40,527 nt of DNA, taken from positions 1-40,527 of the forward strand of contig CAZWLQ010000005.1 of the NCBI GenBank assembly GCA_964634615.1, written 5' to 3'. Origin of the DNA: an uncultured Candidatus Saccharibacteria bacterium. GTDB taxonomy: Bacteria; Patescibacteriota; Minisyncoccia; Phycocordibacterales; EsbW-18. The position numbers were made by a program, and so were the translations under genes. The notes beneath the pieces were generated by a model. The model ran no database searches. It was not told the DNA's origin and saw only the letters and a list, made by a program, of their open reading frames with translations. Shown here piece after piece: positions 25,178 through 33,810 of this stretch. Every line of letters begins with the position of its first letter. Positions within the stretch are counted from its first letter, which is position 1.

Positions 25178-25312
25178 CTGCTGCCTCCCCCGCCATAGCG
25201 GGACTTAGTTCCCGCCACAACGGATCTCGGAGCTCTTCTCCGAAACAGAGACGCTCTTCGCCTCTCAAGGAACTTTCGAAAAGATAGTGCTCCGAAAAGT
25301 AGACGTTGTCAA
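25178..25312 (-). promoter_or_regulatory. Module C promoter, operator-like palindrome and conserved leader
   Basis: TTGACA-17 nt-CACTAT with conserved blocks ccgaaagttccttgagaggcg and ccgttgtggcgggaactaagtcccgc. The variable hairpin is UCGGAG/CUCCGA here versus AGUGAG/CUCACU in module B. Confidence 0.7.
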
Positions 25313-25321
25313 TAGTTTCTC

Positions 25322-25353
25322 CTCTTCTCTGTTTCTGCAGAAATAGAGAAGAG
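25322..25353. repeat. 32-nt near-perfect palindrome at the ligA / island boundary
   Basis: ctcttctct-g-tttctg|cagaaa-t-agagaagag. It lies 8 nt after the ligA stop and just upstream of the module C -35 box. Confidence 0.8.
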
Positions 25354-25361
25354 TATTTTAT

Positions 25362-27362
<2,001 letters not shown>

Positions 27363-27498
27363 CTATTGTACAGGGGTCAAGCACCTTTTTCCTCTCGTCA
27401 TCAAAAAGAGCAAGCACCTGACCCATCACTCGTTTTGTTGACAATACGAACTATTCATGTACAACGTACATCAAACAGTACCTTCCGAGGAGGAGCCA

Positions 27499-27675
27499 AT
27501 GAATCGCGAGAAGGCCTTCAGGAACCAGAGAATGCAGGATTTCTCTCAACTGCTGAAGTTCCTGGTGAGGGTGGGGGCGGTGGCGTTTTTCTCATTCTTC
27601 CTCTATCAGAATCTTTCGAAGCCGATCCGGGGTTTCCTGCACTCTGGGCACAACTCCGTCCAAGCCTACCAGTAG
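27499..27675 (+). CDS. Orphan single-TM small protein, 58 aa
   Basis: Strong SD GAGGAGGAG 4 nt upstream of the internal ATG at 27499, a TM segment VGAVAFFSFFLY, and a strong terminator downstream. Confidence 0.5.
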   Translation: MNREKAFRNQRMQDFSQLLKFLVRVGAVAFFSFFLYQNLSKPIRGFLHSGHNSVQAYQ

Positions 27676-27696
27676 CTTCTGGTGTGGCATGACACA

Positions 27697-27737
27697 GCCC
27701 GTAATCTCATGCGTGAGATTGCGGGCATCGTTTTTTA
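27697..27737. terminator. 12-bp-stem terminator with a T-run
   Basis: cccgtaatctca-tgcg-tgagattgcggg followed by catcgtttttt. Confidence 0.8.
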
Positions 27738-28964
27738 ATAGGTTGCGCGAATCGCACGTTCAACACGGCGCGGGTCATCCATATCACAGGAATTGTAGCC
27801 ACGAGAAATGATAGTGGTTGTTGCTGCCGTTTTCGCCACCTCAATGGTTGCACAACGATTGTTCGCCAGAACAATATCAAATGTGGTTGATGCGCTGTCA
27901 GTTGTCGTTGAAACGTCCCAGCCAGTCTCAACATCCCATCCTGTTGCAGGGTCCGTAATGTCTGCGCCGAGACATGTCGCATTGCTTCCCTGCGCTACCG
28001 GTTGAACAAACATCAGGTTCGATTCTCTGTCATAAAGTTTTTCAATCTCTGTTTCTGAAAGCGCGCGGTTATAGAGTCGAACATCATCAATTGATCCACC
28101 CGTTAGTAATGAGGCGCTGTTTCGGGCTCCAATACCATAACTTTCATTCCTATCAGCAACATTTCCCGATCCCGTGTTTTGAATGTATGTTGTTTCTTCG
28201 TTTCCATTTACATACAGTTCAACGTTCGTACCATCATATGTCCACGCAATGTGGTACCACACACCCGGAGCGGCAACGGTCGTTGAGTCCGCAATATCCG
28301 ATCCTGTGTCACTATCAATACGAATACGGAATTTACTGCCACCACCTGTTCCTTGCATCTGCATTTGTACTTCAATGTTATTGCTCTGCGACACCAACAT
28401 TTGTTGATTTTCAACAGCAAGAAACTGCACCCAGAGCGACCCGCTCACCTCATCGGTGTAGTCAATGTCGGGAGTAAGGACAAAGTCGTTGATACCATCA
28501 AAAGAAATCGCGTCGCCAATCTGTCCATCAACCCAAGCAACGTTCGGATCCATATTCGTAAGTATGCCAACATTTCCCTGACCACTACTGTCAACCGCAA
28601 CCGCTGAGCCCGAGCCGTCTTCAAACCGCCAGTACCCCACGAGACTGTTCGCGAGACTGTCACCATAAAAACCAAACGCCGGTGATGAGAGCGCGTCATG
28701 TTTCAAATCCCAGTAGAGCGCGCATTCAAGACCTGTATCCGCAGCATAAAAGGCGTTCGCCGACTCGCGCGCACCGGATGAGAGAATCAGCTCTTTAAAT
28801 GTGATGTTAAAAATGGCGATACCGATTGCCAGCAACAGCGACGCGGTCAAAACAGCATAGAAAAGGGTAAATCCCTTCTGCTGCGCAGAAGTCTCAAATT
28901 TCAAATTCAAGATTCCAAGGGAATTCTTTCTTTGAAAACTTTTTTTTGTTTTGAACTTGAACAT
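27735..28964 (-). CDS. Pilin-like protein with a LamG/concanavalin-type jelly-roll domain (putative pilus tip adhesin)
   Basis: Prepilin-like QQKG|FTLFYAVL, with Tyr instead of Glu at +5. LamG-like strings include YWRFEDGSGS..DSSGQGN, WYHIAWTYDGTNVELYVNG and DDVRLYNRALSETEI. Confidence 0.75.
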   Translation of the reverse strand: MFKFKTKKSFQRKNSLGILNLKFETSAQQKGFTLFYAVLTASLLLAIGIAIFNITFKELILSSGARESANAFYAADTGLECALYWDLKHDALSSPAFGFYGDSLANSLVGYWRFEDGSGSAVAVDSSGQGNVGILTNMDPNVAWVDGQIGDAISFDGINDFVLTPDIDYTDEVSGSLWVQFLAVENQQMLVSQSNNIEVQMQMQGTGGGSKFRIRIDSDTGSDIADSTTVAAPGVWYHIAWTYDGTNVELYVNGNEETTYIQNTGSGNVADRNESYGIGARNSASLLTGGSIDDVRLYNRALSETEIEKLYDRESNLMFVQPVAQGSNATCLGADITDPATGWDVETGWDVSTTTDSASTTFDIVLANNRCATIEVAKTAATTTIISRGYNSCDMDDPRRVERAIRATY

Positions 28965-28994
28965 TGGATTTTATTTGGAGCTTGGTGTTTGGAA
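28965..28994 (-). repeat. 30-nt conserved block abutting the start codon of 27735-28964
   Basis: tggattttatttggagcttggtgtttggaa matches 29594-29623 at 28/30 positions. Confidence 0.85.
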
Positions 28995-29011
28995 CCTGGA
29001 TTTTATTCTTT

Positions 29012-29593
29012 CTACTGCCAATTCAGCAAATACTCGTCCGCTTCAACACTGCGAGAAATAAGACCGTCATACCATGACACCGAGACCACGACATGCATCT
29101 CGATACCTGAGATAGACTCCTCTATCGTAATGTCTCGAGTAAATTTTGTTTCCTTCCAATCAGAGCCACTGCCGTACCCATAGAGACCTGTTTCTTCGTT
29201 ATAACTCATCGGTCCGCACTCCTTACCGCACGATTCAACCTCGTTTTGTGGCACGTCAATGACGCATAAGCCGTCGAGACACGCATCAATGCCCAAGAGC
29301 CAGTCATCCCCTGAAAGAATGTTTGTATCACGAGTGTTTCTGATGTATTCAATTCCCTCTTGAATGAGGTAGGTGCCGACAACTTGATCACGCGCGATAC
29401 GTGATGCGGTCAGTCCTTGAGAACCAAGTGTCAGTGGCGCAGCAACCGCCATGAGCAACACCGTGATTGCGACCAGGGTTTCAATCAGGGTAAATCCTCG
29501 CTGTTTCGCAGAAAATCCAAAATACAAATTCCAAATGCCAAGGAGGTTTTGTTGCAGTGTTTTTGATTCTCTTGTGTTTGGAATTTGTGTCAT
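29012..29593 (-). CDS. Minor (pseudo)pilin with a prepilin-type N-terminus
   Basis: ..KQRG|FTLIETLVAITVLLMAV. The leader is long (33 aa) and contains LGIWNLYFGF. Confidence 0.8.
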   Translation of the reverse strand: MTQIPNTRESKTLQQNLLGIWNLYFGFSAKQRGFTLIETLVAITVLLMAVAAPLTLGSQGLTASRIARDQVVGTYLIQEGIEYIRNTRDTNILSGDDWLLGIDACLDGLCVIDVPQNEVESCGKECGPMSYNEETGLYGYGSGSDWKETKFTRDITIEESISGIEMHVVVSVSWYDGLISRSVEADEYLLNWQ

Positions 29594-29623
29594 TGGAATT
29601 TGTTTGGAGCTTGGTGTTTGGAA
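29594..29623 (-). repeat. 30-nt conserved block abutting the start codon of 29012-29593
   Basis: tggaatttgtttggagcttggtgtttggaa. Its first 20 nt recur inverted at 36751-36770. Confidence 0.85.
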
Positions 29624-29633
29624 TTTCTAGTAT

Positions 29634-30227
29634 TTATCTATCCAAGATTCGTTGGCTGACCAGTGTTTGCAAATCAAACCGTGTCTGTGTACGCGCATCG
29701 CCGGCAACGCCCGAAAGAACGATCAGTACTCGTGGTTGATTTGTGTCGCTTTCGCTCTCTCCATCGGCATAAAATTTTAACCTCTCGATAGTGACGTCTG
29801 GTGCGGTAAGTGCATAAAATGCGCCCGCAGAACCTTCTCGTCGTTCGATGCGGTTCGTTGCTTGGTTCAAACGATACGTGATGTCTTCTCCGTCAGTGCT
29901 CGTGAACATAAACTCTGTTGATCCGCTCGTCGCACAGGACGACACGCCACAGTCGTAGTTAGTTCCAACGCGTATCGCGCGTGTCATTGAATCAAGAGAA
30001 AAGTTAAGGTTATTCATAACCGCTTTCACCGCCTGCGCCTTTCTGTTTGCGCCAAGAATTGTTACGAGTGACCCCGTCGCAATAACCATCACGATAGAAA
30101 AAATGAAGATGGAGACAATCATCTCAATCAAGGTGAAGCCCCCATTACCGCGCACCATAGAGCACGGAGTGTATTGCGAAGGTGCGAGTATTTTTTTGTT
30201 ACATGGTTTGTGATACATGCTGTGCAC
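29634..30227 (-). CDS. Minor (pseudo)pilin
   Basis: ..GNGG|FTLIEMIVSIFIFSIV. An alternative ATG at 30158 would give a canonical 7-aa leader, MVRGNGG. Confidence 0.8.
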   Translation of the reverse strand: MHSMYHKPCNKKILAPSQYTPCSMVRGNGGFTLIEMIVSIFIFSIVMVIATGSLVTILGANRKAQAVKAVMNNLNFSLDSMTRAIRVGTNYDCGVSSCATSGSTEFMFTSTDGEDITYRLNQATNRIERREGSAGAFYALTAPDVTIERLKFYADGESESDTNQPRVLIVLSGVAGDARTQTRFDLQTLVSQRILDR

Positions 30228-30228
30228 C

Positions 30229-30885
30229 TTATCTGCCCTCTGACTCTACGCCACCGCCTTCATCAAAACCCGCTTCCGCTTCGTCTGGCCTATCAATGGC
30301 AATCTGCCCTGTTGATTCAATAATGACATACCGTATGCCCTGCTGTCGGCGTGAGATTATTTCAACCTGCGCACGTGCTATTTCACCATTGTTGATGATT
30401 GCGTCTGGCTCTGGGCGATGAAAGACGATATTGAGTTGCTTCACGCACGTGTCACTCTCGAGATCGCATAGTGATTTGACCGATGCGCCGCGTCCGATGG
30501 TATACATTTCAAGCAACTCGCCGGATTCAGCGCCACCGTAGGTGTTATCGCCATCGCGATCAGCAAACAAGACGTAGTTCTCTGAATCGGCTTCGAAGTT
30601 GACACCGTACGGGGCATCGAACTCGCCGCCTGATACACGGACGTTGATGCCGAACTGTTGGGCCTGACGAATTGAGAGCGCAATATCGTATGCGAGGTTA
30701 TTCAAAAGCACCTCATTGTCGAAGGAAGCATTACGAGCAATAACAATTGACGAGATAATCGCAAAAATCGCGACGGTCACAACCATTTCCACCAAGGTGA
30801 ACCCCCCTGACTTCGCCCTGGTGAAGGTTCCAAATCCAAGATTCCACGCTTCAAAAAATCTTTTTTTGTTTTGAGGTTGTGTCAT
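30229..30885 (-). CDS. Minor (pseudo)pilin
   Basis: ..KSGG|FTLVEMVVTVAIFAII. The leader contains EAWNLGFGTF. Confidence 0.8.
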   Translation of the reverse strand: MTQPQNKKRFFEAWNLGFGTFTRAKSGGFTLVEMVVTVAIFAIISSIVIARNASFDNEVLLNNLAYDIALSIRQAQQFGINVRVSGGEFDAPYGVNFEADSENYVLFADRDGDNTYGGAESGELLEMYTIGRGASVKSLCDLESDTCVKQLNIVFHRPEPDAIINNGEIARAQVEIISRRQQGIRYVIIESTGQIAIDRPDEAEAGFDEGGGVESEGR

Positions 30886-30903
30886 CCGAGTTTGGAGTAT
30901 TTC

Positions 30904-31734
30904 TTACAAAACTTCAATTAACGAGAGAATTGTTGTGTGCGTAAAGAAAACAAAAAGTGTCGCTGCGACCAAAAATGGCCCGAAGGGTATCTCGCTCTTC
31001 ATTGTAAGACGCTGCCCCCCGCGAGCCAATGAGAGATGTGTAGAAATCTTTCCAACAAGCACCGCGAGTACGCTCACAATTGCTCCCAACCAAATTCCGA
31101 AAATAAGTGCCGAGAAGCCGCCGAGAAGCCCAAGCATCATGCCCATTCCAACAGCAAGCTTCACATCGCCAAATCCCATGAATCGCCCTTTCGAAAGCGC
31201 CCAGAGTAGAAAGAGCGGGAACGCAACCGCAAACCCCGAAAGCACGACCATTATCGCGCCCGATATTGTCAGGCCGTAACCCACAAGACCCCAGAGGAAC
31301 GCAAGAACAATGTATGTGTACACCATGCCGTCAGGGATGATGAAGTGACGAATATCATATACAGCGATTGAAAGTAAAATAAAGATGGCCGTCCATGCAT
31401 AGAGCACAAAAAGATTCCCTCCGGGAGAAATCCCTGAAGAAAATGCGACGAGCGCTGCGGCCACAAAAAGTATGCCGAAGACAATTTCGACCAGGGCATA
31501 TTGCGGAGAAATCCGTGTTCCGCAGCTTCGACACCGTCCGCGCTGCAGAAAATAACTCACAACAGGTAAAAGTTCATACCACGAAAGCTTGTGTCCGCAG
31601 GAAGCGCAGCTTGAACGCCCATTCAATGATCTTCCTGTTCCCCACCGTAGGACGAAGACGTTCGCGAAACTGCCAATAATCGTGCCGAACACAAAAATAG
31701 CAATAAGAACAAGGTATGCTTCCTGAAGACTCAT
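30904..31734 (-). CDS. pilD: Prepilin peptidase (A24 family)
   Basis: N-terminal CASCGHKL...CRSCGTRI zinc motif, a multi-TM body, and FMGFGDVKL / IPFGPFL Asp-box regions. Confidence 0.9.
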   Translation of the reverse strand: MSLQEAYLVLIAIFVFGTIIGSFANVFVLRWGTGRSLNGRSSCASCGHKLSWYELLPVVSYFLQRGRCRSCGTRISPQYALVEIVFGILFVAAALVAFSSGISPGGNLFVLYAWTAIFILLSIAVYDIRHFIIPDGMVYTYIVLAFLWGLVGYGLTISGAIMVVLSGFAVAFPLFLLWALSKGRFMGFGDVKLAVGMGMMLGLLGGFSALIFGIWLGAIVSVLAVLVGKISTHLSLARGGQRLTMKSEIPFGPFLVAATLFVFFTHTTILSLIEVL

Positions 31735-31757
31735 ATGTATATAACTATACCTGACTC

Positions 31758-31790
31758 AAAACAAAAAACCCGCGCAAGGCAGGTTTTTTG
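31758..31790 (-). terminator. Intrinsic terminator or attenuator directly after the major pilin gene
   Basis: Minus strand reads aaccugc-cuu-gcggguu followed by ttttttgtttt. It is preceded by a second hairpin, ucgaga-uuccug-ucucga. Confidence 0.75.
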
Positions 31791-31814
31791 TTCTCTTCGA
31801 GACAGGAATCTCGA

Positions 31815-32225
31815 TTACGGAGCTACCCAGTAGTTCTCTGTTCCGCCGTTTGCTGCATCACACGCCGCATTCGACGATGATGTTGAAACACTTGCGGTGT
31901 CTTCAATCGTTGTTCCGAGACAGTAGCTTGTGGTGCTGCTTGATACGTAGACGTATGCATCACCGAGCGGATCGGCAGGGACACTTGCGATGAAGTCTGG
32001 TGCGAGTTCAGTTTCCCAACCTCCTGTTGTTGGGTATTCCTGGTTCGCATCGAAGTAGAGTTCTGATGCAAGCTTGATTTGCTGAAGGTCTGCGAGACGT
32101 CGTGCGTCGCGTGACTTTCGGCGAGCGCTGTTGAGCGATGCGAGAACGACAGACGAGAGAATGCCGATAATCGCGATCACCACCAAGAGCTCAATCAAGG
32201 TAAAACCTTTTTGGCTTTTCTTCAT
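31815..32225 (-). CDS. Major type IV pilin
   Basis: MKKSQKG|FTLIELLVVIAIIGILSSVVLASL is a canonical class III signal with Glu5. The protein is 136 aa and the gene is followed by a terminator. Confidence 0.9.
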   Translation of the reverse strand: MKKSQKGFTLIELLVVIAIIGILSSVVLASLNSARRKSRDARRLADLQQIKLASELYFDANQEYPTTGGWETELAPDFIASVPADPLGDAYVYVSSSTTSYCLGTTIEDTASVSTSSSNAACDAANGGTENYWVAP

Positions 32226-32339
32226 AAGGATCACTGATTAACCTAATTAATCTTCTAAAAAAGAAGTGCTAGTAACAGCATCCATTATAAAAACCCCATG
32301 AAATAAGGGAAATACGGGTGTGGATAACGCTCCGCTCAC

Positions 32340-32434
32340 TTTCTTTCTCAAAAACACGCGTCGCCACGTGCTCGTGGCGCGCTCACGCTCGGCCTCACTA
32401 GGCCTGCGCGAGTTTTTTGAGAAAGAAAACTCGC
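32340..32434 (-). promoter_or_regulatory. Structured element in the pilC-pilin spacer
   Basis: 15-nt perfect inverted repeat tttctttctcaaaaa (32340-32354) / tttttgagaaagaaa (32414-32428). It encloses hairpins cgccacg-tgct-cgtggcg and ggcc-tcacta-ggcc. The right arm can instead form a local 9-bp hairpin at 32408-32434. Confidence 0.55.
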
Positions 32435-32535
32435 TCTGTATGGTAAATGCAAAGACAAAAGGCCTGAAATACAAGGGCTAATTCGCGTTATTCGCGTCCT
32501 GCCGGGAGGCAGATTTGCGTTCATTCGCGCTTTTA

Positions 32536-33738
32536 CTAGAGTCCCGAGGAGATGTTGTAAATCGGAATAAGGACCGATGCCAAGAGGGTTCCGACACCGA
32601 GACCGAGAAGGACAATCATCGCTGGCTCAATCAAGTCAACCAACGTATCAACCGCATTCGTGACCTCTCGCTGATAGAAATGTGCGAGTGTCTTGAGAAT
32701 GTTGCCGAGCTCTCCTGTTTCTTCACCGATTTTAATCATCTGAATCATCACGTTTGGGATGTCTTTTGTACCACCCATTGCATCAGCAACCGGAGAACCC
32801 CCACGAACCGCCTCAACCGCATGGTTCAAAATATCTTCATACACTTTGTTGCCCACGACCGATGAACTAATCTCAAGCGCCCGAACCATGGGAATACCGG
32901 AAGAGAGCATGGTGTTCATGTTGTCAGCAATACGCGCAAGATAGAGTTTTCGAAACAAGGAGCCAATATAAGGAACCGCGAGCTTCACACGAGAGAGCCA
33001 TGATTGTCCTTTGTTCGTCGTAACGTATCGCCATGCGAAACCAACAGCAACAATTAAAATAATCAAAAAGAAGATACCGTAGTTCACCAAGAACTCTGAC
33101 AGCGCGATGACGACTGCGGTGTAAGCTGGCACCGCCTGTCCCGATTCTTCGAGAATCGTTGAAAGCTTTGGAATCACCGTTGTAAGCATCAGAATCATCA
33201 CAATACAGAACACCCCGATGACGAACGCCGGGTAAATCAAAGCATTTCGCGCCTTTGTAGTGATTTCGTACGACCGGTCGAGATAATCGGCAAGGTATGA
33301 GAAGGTTTGGTCGAGCTTTCCTGACTCTTCACCCGCACGCACCATGTTCACATAGAAGGCCGAGAATGCTTTCGGATGTTTTTCGAGCGCCTTGCTGATT
33401 GCACTTCCCCCTTGGAGGTCGTTTGCGACTTCGGCGAGTGCCTTACGCAAGTTCGGGTTCTCCGCCTCTTCGGACAAGAGACGGAACACACGGAGCGCCG
33501 AGACCTGTGCTTCAAATAGCGTTGCAATCTGGCGCGAAACAATCACCACGTCCTTGTTTGAGACGCCGTTGAAGAATGTAAAGTTCCCCAAGATTCCTGC
33601 TTCATCTTGTGCCTTGATTGAGACGATAATCAGCCCTCGCTGCTGAAGCGAACGCACTGCGACATCCTCGTTCAGGGCGTCGATGCTTCCTTTTGTCTCG
33701 TTATTTTCTTTGTCGAATGCAGTATAGGAAAAAAGCAT
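32536..33738 (-). CDS. pilC: Type IV pilus platform protein PilC (GspF family)
   Basis: 400 aa with two T2SSF repeats and three TM segments. Confidence 0.92.
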   Translation of the reverse strand: MLFSYTAFDKENNETKGSIDALNEDVAVRSLQQRGLIIVSIKAQDEAGILGNFTFFNGVSNKDVVIVSRQIATLFEAQVSALRVFRLLSEEAENPNLRKALAEVANDLQGGSAISKALEKHPKAFSAFYVNMVRAGEESGKLDQTFSYLADYLDRSYEITTKARNALIYPAFVIGVFCIVMILMLTTVIPKLSTILEESGQAVPAYTAVVIALSEFLVNYGIFFLIILIVAVGFAWRYVTTNKGQSWLSRVKLAVPYIGSLFRKLYLARIADNMNTMLSSGIPMVRALEISSSVVGNKVYEDILNHAVEAVRGGSPVADAMGGTKDIPNVMIQMIKIGEETGELGNILKTLAHFYQREVTNAVDTLVDLIEPAMIVLLGLGVGTLLASVLIPIYNISSGL

Positions 33739-33742
33739 AGTA

Positions 33743-33805
33743 TTAGCTTAAGAACACAATCGCCAGGATTCCTACAAGACCAAGCGCAATGTAGATTAAG
33801 GTCAT
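33743..33805 (-). CDS. Candidate 20-aa hydrophobic micro-ORF between pilT and pilC
   Basis: ATG ACC TTA ATC ... AGC TAA translates to MTLIYIALGLVGILAIVFLS. It starts 5 nt after the pilT stop and ends 4 nt before the pilC ATG. Confidence 0.35.
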   Translation of the reverse strand: MTLIYIALGLVGILAIVFLS

Positions 33806-33810
33806 GGTGA

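Noticed and set aside
28890-29625. TTGGAAT-type repeats as a CRISPR array, or a sigma54 promoter (TGGCAT-N5-ATTTG) in the minor pilin leader
   Set aside because: There is no regular repeat-spacer periodicity, so this is not a CRISPR array. The -12 element does not match TTGC and the site lies inside the reading frame. Sigma54 is also not evidenced in this window.
32247-32474. 75-aa ORF in the pilC-pilin spacer
   Set aside because: It starts with TTG and has an odd composition. It spans the inverted-repeat structure, and an RNA or regulatory interpretation fits better.
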